Assembly: GCA_041399065.1 (NCBI GenBank)
Contig: JAWKTN010000003.1
Coordinates: 87,511-151,510 of the forward strand
Direction of reading: 5' to 3'
Length of the DNA stretch: 64,000 bases
Source of the DNA: Pirellulaceae bacterium
Lineage (GTDB): Bacteria > Planctomycetota > Planctomycetia > Pirellulales > Pirellulaceae
Every line of letters starts with the position of its first letter. The first letter of the stretch is position 1. The notes beneath the pieces are model-generated. The model was not told where the DNA came from. It made no database searches and saw nothing but the letters and a program-made list of their open reading frames with translations. Both the position numbers and the translations under genes were made by a program. Below, one piece after another: positions 10,184-20,012 of the stretch.

Positions 10184-10302
10184 TAATCTGAAGAGAGGTT
10201 GAAGGGAATGATTGTTAAATCTGTGGCAAATCCTGGTTAAGGACGTTCACACTTCGGAGCCACAATCCTAAGTGGACTCGCCGAATCAAGCAAGTCGCAC
10301 AC

Positions 10303-10356
10303 CCTGCCCCCGTGAGCAACCCTGCCCCCGTGAGCAACCCTGCCCCCGTGAGCAGC
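10303..10356. repeat. Three tandem copies of the 18-bp unit ccctgcccccgtgagcaa (plus a partial fourth)
   Basis: Read directly from the sequence. It would encode (PCPREQ)x3 if translation started at the upstream GTG at 10272. Confidence 0.9.
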
Positions 10357-10400
10357 CATGCCCCCGACTACAGTATTACTTCGAAAGGTCTCCACGAGTT

Positions 10401-10853
10401 ATGTACGGTGAACTTGTCCCGGTCTTGGGCGGCGACCCAGTGCCGTTACTCAAGAAGCGATTGCTGGTCGGCCGGCGTGAAAGTTGCGATATCGTATTGC
10501 GATTCGCCAACGTATCGGCTCACCATTGCGAACTAGAATGCCGCGGCGGTTATTGGTACGTGCGTGACCTGAACAGCCGCAACGGCACCAAGGTAAACGG
10601 GGTCCGCGTGGCCGAGAAAAGAATCAACCCGGGCGATGAACTCGGTGTCGCCAAACATCGCTATGAATTTGTGTATGCCCCGCTAGAACTCGGCGCCGTC
10701 GGGCCACCTCCATCGGACGATATCCCGGAAGATATTCTGCAGAAGTCACTGCTCGATCGTGCGGGACTACAGCGTCGCGCAGATACGCGACGCCGCCACG
10801 ACATCTTGGACGAAAACCCTCGAAGCGTCCTCCGGGACCGGGAAGACGACTAG
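10401..10853 (+). CDS. FHA domain-containing protein (start ambiguous: ATG 10401 or upstream GTG 10272)
   Basis: FHA signature LLVGRRESCDIVL...VSAHHCEL...YWYVRDLNSRNGTKVNGVRV. Confidence 0.7.
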   Translation: MYGELVPVLGGDPVPLLKKRLLVGRRESCDIVLRFANVSAHHCELECRGGYWYVRDLNSRNGTKVNGVRVAEKRINPGDELGVAKHRYEFVYAPLELGAVGPPPSDDIPEDILQKSLLDRAGLQRRADTRRRHDILDENPRSVLRDREDD

Positions 10854-10993
10854 CGGACACCGAGCTCCGTCACGAGATGCGAACCTCGGTGCCCCCTGCG
10901 ATAAATACCTACGATGAAAAACGTCTCGCAAGAAAACTCCGCGCGAAGACCGCTCATCGCCACGGCCAGCGTGCCACCGTCAGCGTGCCACCG

Positions 10994-11800
10994 TCAGCGT
11001 GCCACGGCCAGCGACGAGTTGGCGGAATGCAAGCGCCGAGCAAACTTGTCGGCCGTCACGAAACCGTCGATCTTATCGATCAGCCCGCCCTGTGCGTTAA
11101 GGATCAAGGTCGTGGGAAAAACGTTCACTCCATGCGACTGCGCGAGCCCGGGATTGTCCTCGTGCATTGCGACCGTGGCCTCGAATGACTGACTTAAGTG
11201 ATCGACAACCAGGGGATCACTTAAGGTTTCAGCTTTCATTTTGTCACAGAAGTGACAGCCGCTCATCGATAGAAACACGACCACCGGCCGGTGACTCAAC
11301 TTGGCCGCCGCCAAAGCCTCTTCGACATTGGCATGGGGAAACGCCGGGCGCTTTTCGGCCACCAGCGGGCGTGCCGCCACTGTTTGCTCCGGGGCCGAGA
11401 CATCCCCGCCAAACGCCAATAATGTGTCACTCCATTGGCGGTCTTCGAACTTGCCCGAGTGGCGATAAACAATCACGCGACAACTGGCGTCGGTGATCAC
11501 CGTGTAGGGAAACTGCTTGGCACCAAACGCTTGCGCAACCCTTTTGCCCGTTTCCGTGTTGACGTCCACGCGACATAGTTGATACCGCGCCAACGCTCGT
11601 TCTTCGTGGCTGCCGGCCTCCGGCGCCTTCTCGTCCAAACAACCGGCCTCCGCCGCAGGATCCTCCAGGACGATCAGCATCGGACATCTCCCCACGCGCG
11701 CCTCCTGCAACGCCATCGCATAGTCCTTCGTCCACTCCGGCTCCGCTGATACCGTGCCCATGGCAGCCAACGCAACCAACGATACGATTACTCCGTTCAT
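10994..11800 (-). CDS. Secreted thioredoxin-fold protein (two thioredoxin-like domains)
   Basis: Signal peptide. The segment VVVFLSMSGCHFCDKMK contains a thioredoxin-like Cys-x-x-Cys (CHFC). There is a second thioredoxin-like half. Confidence 0.65.
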   Translation of the reverse strand: MNGVIVSLVALAAMGTVSAEPEWTKDYAMALQEARVGRCPMLIVLEDPAAEAGCLDEKAPEAGSHEERALARYQLCRVDVNTETGKRVAQAFGAKQFPYTVITDASCRVIVYRHSGKFEDRQWSDTLLAFGGDVSAPEQTVAARPLVAEKRPAFPHANVEEALAAAKLSHRPVVVFLSMSGCHFCDKMKAETLSDPLVVDHLSQSFEATVAMHEDNPGLAQSHGVNVFPTTLILNAQGGLIDKIDGFVTADKFARRLHSANSSLAVAR

Positions 11801-12394
11801 CTGTGTCTCCTTAATCTCGCAGACTCACGAACAGCTTGCCGTAACCAGGACCGTCCTCGTTATGACCGAATTTTGTGTCACCCAATTGGGTGTTTCACAT
11901 CGAGCACCAAGGGCTCGCCTTCGCGTTCGTAGCTGCCTGCTCTTAGGTGGGACTTTTCCAGGTGGGCGTCGCCATGCCTCGTCTCTTCTGCCGGCCTGAT
12001 CCTTGGCGACGAAGCGAACATCCTAGACAATCGCGCTTTTGATTTTCAATCCCCCTTGCCCGGTTTCCCCCGAATTTACCCCGGTTTTTCCATCGCTTGC
12101 CAAGAAAAGATTTAGGCTTTGGGTCGCGAAAATTTGTTTTTCAGTTTTGTTTTCACTTGGCACGATGGATTACGCGCCGCCGAGCCACGAATTTCCGGTT
12201 TCCGACCAAACCATTTCTCTGCCAGCTGCGTAGGGAATCGCAGGTTGCCCCCTTTTCGACAATTTTTTAGTCTGGCGCCTTGTGTTGCCATGCTATTCTG
12301 GAAGAATTGGCAGTCCAACTAGATTTGGCAAACAAGGCAAGACAGATAAACCCTCTCAAACAACACCCTCCCGCCCCGCCTCAGGACGCCCGGA

Positions 12395-13669
12395 ATGCAA
12401 ATTGATCTGATGCAAATTGATCTGACACCCCGAACCATCCTGGACTCGCGTCCCTTGGCTACCGCTCGGTCACTGACCAACGGGATCCTGCTCTGTTGCA
12501 CGGCATGGCTCATGGGCGTCGCACTTGGTCCGACGGCAGCGGCGGACGGATTGATCGACGACACACTTGCGACATCCCGAGAAGAGGGGCGGCCGTTGAT
12601 GGTGTTGGTCACCAGCCCGACGTGTCAACCCTGCCAGGTCCAAAAGTCGATCTTGGAACAGGATCCTGCCGTGCAAGCCCGCATCGGCCAATTCATCCGT
12701 TTGGACCTCGTCGTTAATGCGCGGGAGTTCCACGAATTCGCTCAGCGATATCCCGTCGCGATGCGAATGGTGCCGCGGATCTACTTGGTACGACCGGACG
12801 GCCAGCTGTTGAATACGTGTGAGGGGCTGGTGAAAGCTCCGGCATTGGCAACGATGTTGGACCAAGTCAGCACACAATCGGGGCGGGCGATGGACACCGC
12901 TAAGCGCACCGAGGTCGCGCAAGCGGTCGATAATGCTCGACGTTTGGCGGATTCCGGTAGCGTATTGAAAGCGTTGAATCATTTGCAGGACGATTGCTTC
13001 GACAACAGCTTTGCGCGGGTGGCCTTTGAGGGCAGAGTCTTGCGCCGTCAATTGATGAATGAAATCGATCGCAGCGTTGAGCGGGTTGAGCAGCGATTGC
13101 TTGATCCACAGAAGCGACTTGACGCGGCTATCGATCTGGCGCACTTCTACCTGGGAACTGAGAACCTTCCTGCATTGCGATCGCGAGCCCGACAGCTGTT
13201 TGAAAAGTATCGCGACGGCGGATCGACGCGTGAAGCAGTGCTGCAGGCGACCGACCTCGTCCGCGGAGAGGTCTTCGAGGCTCGTGATGACTGGCAACGC
13301 GCGCATGCGGCATACCAGCGTATCGCCACCCAGTATCCCGACAGTGAAGCGGCTCGTCGCGCCTGCGACCGAATTGTTGAGACCCGTGACAAGATGCCCG
13401 CCGTGGTGGGGTCGGAGTCGATGACGCTGATGGCCAGCAGTTGGGAACCGCAAGCGGTCGGAGAGACTTCCGCCGAACAACAGGCCGAGCGTTATCTGTT
13501 CCTGGCGAAACTCTATCTTACAGAGTATCCGGATGAGGCGATGAAATATGCGCGACGAGTGATCGCGATCGCTCCCGGTTCCGCCGAAGCGAAGCAGGCC
13601 AAGGTGCTTTTGGACCGCAATTCGCTGCTGCCAATCGGTCGGTACTTGCAACAACCTCGGTCCAGTTAA
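12395..13669 (+). CDS. Secreted thioredoxin-like plus TPR-like repeat protein
   Basis: N-terminal TM/signal. LMVLVTSPTCQPCQ contains a thioredoxin-like CQPC active site. C-terminal helical repeat region. Chosen over the fully overlapping antisense ORF 12470..13654. Confidence 0.6.
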   Translation: MQIDLMQIDLTPRTILDSRPLATARSLTNGILLCCTAWLMGVALGPTAAADGLIDDTLATSREEGRPLMVLVTSPTCQPCQVQKSILEQDPAVQARIGQFIRLDLVVNAREFHEFAQRYPVAMRMVPRIYLVRPDGQLLNTCEGLVKAPALATMLDQVSTQSGRAMDTAKRTEVAQAVDNARRLADSGSVLKALNHLQDDCFDNSFARVAFEGRVLRRQLMNEIDRSVERVEQRLLDPQKRLDAAIDLAHFYLGTENLPALRSRARQLFEKYRDGGSTREAVLQATDLVRGEVFEARDDWQRAHAAYQRIATQYPDSEAARRACDRIVETRDKMPAVVGSESMTLMASSWEPQAVGETSAEQQAERYLFLAKLYLTEYPDEAMKYARRVIAIAPGSAEAKQAKVLLDRNSLLPIGRYLQQPRSS

Positions 13670-16600
13670 TCGTGGCAGATCCCCAGAATGTCCAGCGCCT
13701 TCTGACGAATCTCCTTTAGGTCCAGCTTCCCGGTCCCCAATATCGGCATCGCGGGGATTTCGAAAAAACTATCGACCGACGGGATAAATAGATTGGGCAA
13801 GCCGGCTTGCGTGAGCCCGTCACGAAGCTCTTCGGGAGACTGAGTTATCGGCACATGCAGGACGACGAGTCGTTCCCCCTTGGCTTGATCAGGCACCGAC
13901 GTAACAACAGCTTTTTGTACTGACTCTTCGTCGCGACCGATCAGATCGCAGAGGACCTCTTCGATTTGCACGTGTGGCACCATTTCGCCGCCAATTTTCG
14001 AAAACCGACTTTCGCGCCCTGTGATCTTAATAAAGCCGTCGTCGTCGATCACGGCAACGTCGCCAGTCACATACCAGCCATCACGGATGACCTCGGCCGT
14101 CTTCTCCGGTTGATTGAGGTAGCCCTTCATGATATTCGGACCTTTGATCAACAGCATGCCGGGTTGATCCACTCCCAGATCCGCGCCGGTTTCCAAGTGC
14201 ACGATCTTGGCGGAGACACCGGGAACAGGCCGTCCCACCGTACCTTCCTTGGCTTCCTCCTGATACTTATTCTCTTGGCGGCTTGGGGGGATGTTGACCG
14301 ACACCAAAGGAGCGGTCTCGGTGCAGCCGTAGCCTTCGACAGGTCGGACCTTGAATTTCTCTTCAAACGCATCGGCCAGGGCAGGGGGCAACCGTTCGGC
14401 ACCCGTCACAATCACCTCGATCGTTCGGAATTGTTCCGGCGTACAACGCCGCAGGAAGGATCGCAAGAAGGTCGGCGTCGACAGGAGGATCGTAACCTTG
14501 TGTTTTTCGGCAAGCTGACCAATGCGTTTCGCATCCAGTGGGCTATAGTGATAGACCCCTTTGACCGCGGTCGCCATCGGGGTCCACATGGTGACCGTAT
14601 AGCCGAAGGAGTGAAAAAAGGGCAGGATCCCCAGTACCACATCGCCGGCACCTAGATGAATCGCCGACTCGATCGCTTCCACATTGGTGCTGACGTTTCG
14701 ATACGTCAACATCACCCCTTTGGGTATCCCGGTCGATCCAGACGTAAATATGACAGTAGCCACGTCGTCGGGGGCAATGTCCTGTAGTTTGAGGCTACGC
14801 TCTACCCACCATGACGGCAACACAAACGTTTCCAACGCAGACCACACTTTGTCGCCAAGTGTTACCTTATCCTTGAGGTCCTCGAGGTAGACGAGTTCGG
14901 CGTTCAGCTTCAAATCCAGCTTACTCATCACGCGCCGACTCGTCAGCACATGCTTGATGCCCGCCTCAGAAATACAGTAGTTCAGCGTTTCGGAGCCAAC
15001 GGTGTAATTGAGATTCACCGACACGCGTTGATCCAGCGCCAACGCCATGTTGACCAACACTCCGCCAACCGACGGAGGCAACAGAACGCCGACATGTTGC
15101 TCGTCCGACTGCAACACATGCCGCGCGAGCAAACGTCGCAAGATCAGGGTCCGCAGTAAGGCATTGGCACCGTTGCTCTCTTCCCCACTGGAATCGGCGA
15201 CTTTGGGCGCGAACTTCCGTCGCTTGCAATGACGGACCATCGCTCGAGTGACATTCAACATGGGAGTTTGTCGTTGCTGCACCGCCTCAGCTCCTAATTC
15301 TTGAACTGCTTGCCTGATTTGATGGACGTTTTCGACATTCTCAATCGGCGTCCCGAAATAGATCGTGATGGGATAGGGGAGACGACGAGGTAGCTTCCAA
15401 AAGAACCGCCGCCGTTCGAAGCTAAAGATACTGCCCCATAGCTCATCGAGATAGACCGGAATCACCGGTGCTCCGCTCCCCTCGAGGACCTTGAGGATCC
15501 CGGGGCGGAACGCCAGCAGTTGCCCCGAACGAGTAATCCCCCCTTCCGGAAAGATGCAGACCAGTTCGCCGTCCTTGAGCGCCTTATTGGCCGTCCGCAA
15601 CGCTTGAATGATCTTTTTCGGCCCTGGCTCGATCATGATCGCGCCCCATTGCAACGCCAGCCGTTGCAGCCACTTCTGCTGGAAATTCCCCGCAAACACC
15701 AGCATCCGCACCGGTCGCGTCGTGGCCAACAGGACGAGGATTCCATCAAGCCAACTTACGTGATTGGGAACGATCAGGGCCGGGCCCTCTTCCGGGACAT
15801 TCTCCAAACCATGAATGCGAATGCGGTAAAAGATCCGACTGAGCAACCACACCACAAATCGCAACGAGGCCTGCGGTATGAGCCACAAGATGTACATCAA
15901 CACCGGAATCGTCAACAGGGCACAGATCAAGAACACCTGCTGCGGGCTACACAACACGCCAACCCCAGCTGACACGACACCGTCTCCTCCCTGCACGGCA
16001 TTCGCTCCATCGGCGGATGGTATGGCTCCGCCCGACGGCCACGGGTGCCGCAATACCCAGAAGGCGACAGAGGCCAAAAGAATGCCGGAAAAGGTAAGAA
16101 AATTGCTCGCCGCCAATATCGCTCCACGACTCTTCTTGGGCGATCGATGCTGCATGTAGGCCTCCAGCGGCACATGGAACAACCCAGCACTAACGCCCAA
16201 CCCGACCATCCAGAAACAGGCCCACAGGTAGCTCGACGTTATCGATTCGTCAGTGGAAAACAATCTTCCGCGAACGGTATACAGCATCAGTGAACTGGCG
16301 CAAACTCCTGCTCCACCCAGCGGCAGAATCCCCAGTTCGACGCGTCCGGCCGACCAGACTCCCGCCAACACGCTGCCGACCCCGATCCCCACGACAAGTG
16401 ACAACAACAGGGCAATAATCTGAGTTTGTCGAACAGCCCCACCCTCAAAAGCAAACGGGTCGACATTCAGATTGGCCAGCGTGCCAATCGACCAGAAGAA
16501 CATGATTCCAAGCGCTACGCGAAACAGTGGTCGCATACGGATCAACTCGCCCAAATCCCGCCAAGTCTGTCGTGGGGCATCCCAAGGAATCCTTCGATGC

Positions 16601-17250
16601 GGATCGGCCGCCGCCAACCGCGGCACGAAGAAACTGCTCAACCAACCCGCGATCGCCACGCCGATCAGTACCACAGCGGTAATCCACCAGCGCGATAACC
16701 CGCGAGGGCTTGTCACAACGCTCAGTACATTCCCGATCGCCGCGCCAATCACGGTGGCCACGACCGTCACCAGCCCAAACAACCCATTGGCCGTTGATAT
16801 CTTTTCGGTTGGCAACATCTCAGGAATGCACCCCGACTTGGCCGGCGAAAACAAGGCACTCTGGCCACCCATCAACGCCACCACCAACAACAGGCCATAC
16901 AGTTGCCCTGTGAGAATCGCAACGATTCCGAAGATCATGATGACAATCTCGGCCAACTTACATGCGATAATTACCCGCGACTTGCTATGTCGGTCCGCCA
17001 GATACCCGGCAATAGGCGCCAACAGCAAATAAGGAATCACAAAGCAAACCGTACCAGCCATCAGGATCCCCGCCGCATTGCCCCCCTCAAGGGATTCCTT
17101 CCCCACCCCGATCACGAGCCACCGAAAAATGTTGTCGTTGGCGGTCCCAAGCGTTTGAGTGGCCAGTAGACCGAGGAACCCGGCGGACGTCAGGTACCGG
17201 GTGGCGCTCGCAGTGGCGGGATTTTGTGGCAAATTGTCGTTATGCGCCAT
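13666..17250 (-). CDS. aas: Triple-domain fusion: lysophospholipid MFS transporter (LplT-like), 1-acyl-sn-glycerol-3-phosphate acyltransferase (PlsC) and acyl-ACP/CoA synthetase (Aas-like)
   Basis: 1194 aa. N-terminal ~400 aa is a polytopic MFS. The middle has the HX4D acyltransferase motif NHVSWLD. The C-terminus has AMP-binding motifs TSGSTGIPKG and GYGCTETAP. Confidence 0.85.
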   Translation of the reverse strand: MAHNDNLPQNPATASATRYLTSAGFLGLLATQTLGTANDNIFRWLVIGVGKESLEGGNAAGILMAGTVCFVIPYLLLAPIAGYLADRHSKSRVIIACKLAEIVIMIFGIVAILTGQLYGLLLVVALMGGQSALFSPAKSGCIPEMLPTEKISTANGLFGLVTVVATVIGAAIGNVLSVVTSPRGLSRWWITAVVLIGVAIAGWLSSFFVPRLAAADPHRRIPWDAPRQTWRDLGELIRMRPLFRVALGIMFFWSIGTLANLNVDPFAFEGGAVRQTQIIALLLSLVVGIGVGSVLAGVWSAGRVELGILPLGGAGVCASSLMLYTVRGRLFSTDESITSSYLWACFWMVGLGVSAGLFHVPLEAYMQHRSPKKSRGAILAASNFLTFSGILLASVAFWVLRHPWPSGGAIPSADGANAVQGGDGVVSAGVGVLCSPQQVFLICALLTIPVLMYILWLIPQASLRFVVWLLSRIFYRIRIHGLENVPEEGPALIVPNHVSWLDGILVLLATTRPVRMLVFAGNFQQKWLQRLALQWGAIMIEPGPKKIIQALRTANKALKDGELVCIFPEGGITRSGQLLAFRPGILKVLEGSGAPVIPVYLDELWGSIFSFERRRFFWKLPRRLPYPITIYFGTPIENVENVHQIRQAVQELGAEAVQQRQTPMLNVTRAMVRHCKRRKFAPKVADSSGEESNGANALLRTLILRRLLARHVLQSDEQHVGVLLPPSVGGVLVNMALALDQRVSVNLNYTVGSETLNYCISEAGIKHVLTSRRVMSKLDLKLNAELVYLEDLKDKVTLGDKVWSALETFVLPSWWVERSLKLQDIAPDDVATVIFTSGSTGIPKGVMLTYRNVSTNVEAIESAIHLGAGDVVLGILPFFHSFGYTVTMWTPMATAVKGVYHYSPLDAKRIGQLAEKHKVTILLSTPTFLRSFLRRCTPEQFRTIEVIVTGAERLPPALADAFEEKFKVRPVEGYGCTETAPLVSVNIPPSRQENKYQEEAKEGTVGRPVPGVSAKIVHLETGADLGVDQPGMLLIKGPNIMKGYLNQPEKTAEVIRDGWYVTGDVAVIDDDGFIKITGRESRFSKIGGEMVPHVQIEEVLCDLIGRDEESVQKAVVTSVPDQAKGERLVVLHVPITQSPEELRDGLTQAGLPNLFIPSVDSFFEIPAMPILGTGKLDLKEIRQKALDILGICHD

Positions 17251-17341
17251 GGAGCGATCCGAAATCTGTATTGCCTTAAGTTTTTTGGTCGCGGTACAGT
17301 TTGTAGGAGTTGTTACGCCTTAGTCAACCACGGAGCTCCTG

Positions 17342-17641
17342 ATGAACAAGCTTAGCCCCTTTCTATTCGGTCTGGTCGTTGGTGCCGCGTTGATGTTTGT
17401 TGGTTTGAAATACCATATTGTGCTAGCCGCGGATGGACTTCACGTCGTCCCTAAGACCAAGGCACGACTGGTAGAAGCCTACGTCGACATTCGCCAATTT
17501 GGCGCCGCCGACTGGCAGCAACACGCTTCGCTAGCGCTGGCACTGACCGAGGCCGGCAAGGCCTCCCTGGTCGCTAACAGCGTAAACAACGACATTCGCC
17601 GTGCCACGGAATCGTTGTTACCGTCGATTGAAATCAAATAA
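17342..17641 (+). CDS. Small hypothetical membrane protein
   Basis: 99 aa with a single N-terminal TM (LFGLVVGAALMFVGL). No recognisable family. Confidence 0.4.
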   Translation: MNKLSPFLFGLVVGAALMFVGLKYHIVLAADGLHVVPKTKARLVEAYVDIRQFGAADWQQHASLALALTEAGKASLVANSVNNDIRRATESLLPSIEIK

Positions 17642-17648
17642 GACACCG

Positions 17649-19544
17649 TTAGAAGGGAATCACCATTGGAATTGTCACAATCGCCGTGACAGCAACCGCG
17701 ATCGCCACGGGCAATCCGACCCGCAGGTAATCAAGGGGCCGATAGTTGCCAGCCCCTAGCACCATCAGATTGGTTTGGTAGCCAACGGGGGTAAGGAAGG
17801 ACAGGGATGCGGCCAGGGCGATCGCCAGAATAAACGCCCGCGGGTCGTACCCGGCCTGCCGCGCAACAGCAACCGAGATCGGAATCATGATCGCCGCCAC
17901 AGCGGTGTTGGTGATCATTTCGGTCATCACCATGGTCAACAGATAGACGATCGCCAGCAGCATCCACGGATGATGGACCATCCCGACCAGCGCCGCGGCG
18001 ATCGATCGGGCCGCGCCACTCTGATCGAGTGCCGCCCCCAAACTCAACGCCCCGGCGATCGTCATAATCAACGGCCAATCGATGGCACTGCGGGCTTCCG
18101 CCAGCGGCAGACATCGCAAGACGATCATTAGTCCTGCGACGGTTACGGCCGCGATGGCGGGTGACTTGAGCCCCGTGAAAATGCTCGCCGGGTCAATGAA
18201 GCTCGTGCAACACAACCAGAGCACCAACAACAGTGCCAATCCTCCGGCCAACACCGCTCGATCATGATGGCGAGGCGTGAGCCCCTCGACCTGGCTGACC
18301 AAATAGAAGTCGCGGCTATTGCGCCAGGTCCGCACGAAGCCGCTGCGAGTCTGCAACAACAGCGTGTCGCCCGGCTCCAGAACTATGTCACCAACCTTGT
18401 TGGTCAATCGAACGCCGTTTCGATGCACGGCCACAACGGCCGCGTTGTACCGCTGCCGAAAACTACCGTCGCGAATCGTCTGCCCCACAACCGGACTGGT
18501 GCGTGACAACACCACCTCGATCAAATGACGCTGCTGTGTCGACGTTGGAGTCTCGTACGCCGTATCGGCGGCAGGCACCAACCCCGGAATTTTCTCCAAC
18601 TCCACGATCGTGGCAACAACGCCGGTAAACACCAGGCGGTCGCCGGCGTGCAAGCGGTCCGTGGGAGCCACCGGTGTGATCAATTCCCCTTCGCGATTAA
18701 TCTCCACCAAAAACAACCCTTCCAAATGACGCAACCCCGCCTGCTCCACGTTGCGCCCCACCAATCGACATTCTGGCAAAATTGTCATTTCCACCAGGTA
18801 TTCGCGACTTTGCTCGCCAAACGTCTCAATCAATTCCCGCCGGTCGGGTAGCAATCGATGAGCAGTCAATAGCAGCGCGACAGCCCCCGCTAAGGCACAC
18901 GGCACACCCACCCAAGTGATTTCAAACAACCGCATCGGCCGTACCCGCTCGGCAAACCGCTCGGCGCGTTCCACCGCTGCCACATCCGCGCCTGCATCTT
19001 TTAAAACGTGAACGTCCGCTAACGCCGCACGGTACTCGGCCTCCAGCCGACCGTTGACCACCAACGTCGTGCTCGTACCAATTAATGTGCAGACACCACC
19101 CAAGATCGCCAGGTAGCTGACCGGAATCAGAAATCGCGACGGCGATATGCCACGCTTGCGACACCAATCGATCATGACGGGCATCATCATTGCGACCAAT
19201 GGCGTGTTCAATACAAAGGCCGAGATCGGGATCAGCGTCAGCGTCAATCGACGTAACGCTCGACGCTCCGTCGATATCCCCCCTAGAAGGATGTCACCCA
19301 GCCAATCCACCACCCCCGTCGCTCGTAGCCCAGCCGATACCACCAATAATGCCCCAATCGCAATCACCGCGGAACTTGAAAAACCCCGAAGCGCATCCTC
19401 AGGTGTGATCACCCCCGTGAGCGTAACCACGACCATGCCACCCAGAAATAACAGATCCGAAGGCGCTCGACGTTTTAATTGCAGACCCGCGATCACGGCG
19501 ATCGTCGTCGCCAACGCGATCCACCCCCTAGGGCTCAAAAACAC
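17649..19544 (-). CDS. SLC13/DASS-family permease with two internal TrkA-C domains
   Basis: 631 aa. N- and C-terminal polytopic halves flank a cytoplasmic region carrying duplicated TrkA-C-like segments (LVEMTILPECRLVGRNVEQ...; VEGLTPRHHDRAVLAGG...). Confidence 0.8.
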   Translation of the reverse strand: MFLSPRGWIALATTIAVIAGLQLKRRAPSDLLFLGGMVVVTLTGVITPEDALRGFSSSAVIAIGALLVVSAGLRATGVVDWLGDILLGGISTERRALRRLTLTLIPISAFVLNTPLVAMMMPVMIDWCRKRGISPSRFLIPVSYLAILGGVCTLIGTSTTLVVNGRLEAEYRAALADVHVLKDAGADVAAVERAERFAERVRPMRLFEITWVGVPCALAGAVALLLTAHRLLPDRRELIETFGEQSREYLVEMTILPECRLVGRNVEQAGLRHLEGLFLVEINREGELITPVAPTDRLHAGDRLVFTGVVATIVELEKIPGLVPAADTAYETPTSTQQRHLIEVVLSRTSPVVGQTIRDGSFRQRYNAAVVAVHRNGVRLTNKVGDIVLEPGDTLLLQTRSGFVRTWRNSRDFYLVSQVEGLTPRHHDRAVLAGGLALLLVLWLCCTSFIDPASIFTGLKSPAIAAVTVAGLMIVLRCLPLAEARSAIDWPLIMTIAGALSLGAALDQSGAARSIAAALVGMVHHPWMLLAIVYLLTMVMTEMITNTAVAAIMIPISVAVARQAGYDPRAFILAIALAASLSFLTPVGYQTNLMVLGAGNYRPLDYLRVGLPVAIAVAVTAIVTIPMVIPF

Positions 19545-19618
19545 AGCTCTCGCCTCCCCCCTTGGTCCATCCCGCTACGCCCCCTCTGTTTCGCTTCGGT
19601 CGTGTTCCGGATTCAAAA

Positions 19619-19690
19619 ACGGCTGCGACAGCCGTGGAACTCTGCGGCTGGGACAGCCGTGCGGCTGGGACAGCCGTGGAACTTTTGACC
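19619..19690. repeat. Tandem partial copies of the motif gctgggacagccgtggaac (repeat family also seen at 61085-61215)
   Basis: ggctgcgacagccgtggaactctgcggctgggacagccgtgcggctgggacagccgtggaac. Downstream, at 19760-19790, is a ttggttgggttcgg...gcgattgg segment resembling the 3' part of the 63561-63668 element. Confidence 0.8.
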
Positions 19691-20012
19691 GCCAAACCCA
19701 TTGATCATCCTCGCCCCCTTGCATCCCGTCAATGTCGAACCAGCCGCCCCCCCATTGGTTGGGTTCGGCCGGAGCGATTGGTGGCCGCCCAAGCAACCCC
19801 GGAAAAACCCGGCAGGCCCCTATGCCCGATATCATCCCTACCCAATGCCGCTAAAGACATCCAAGGCAACGCCATTTACCTAACGCCCCCAATTTACCAT
19901 TTCCGATATCCAGTGCATAACGCGGACACCGTAGGCAGAACAGGACCGCGCCACTGGCGTAGGACACACCAAGAACACGAGATGGATATCCCCTCGGGGC
20001 GAAAATAGACCG

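Noticed and set aside
12470-13654. 394-aa minus-strand ORF fully overlapping the plus-strand thioredoxin/TPR gene
   Set aside because: Arg/Cys-rich low-complexity translation typical of an antisense high-GC artefact. The plus-strand product has a signal peptide, a CxxC motif and a paralogue next door.
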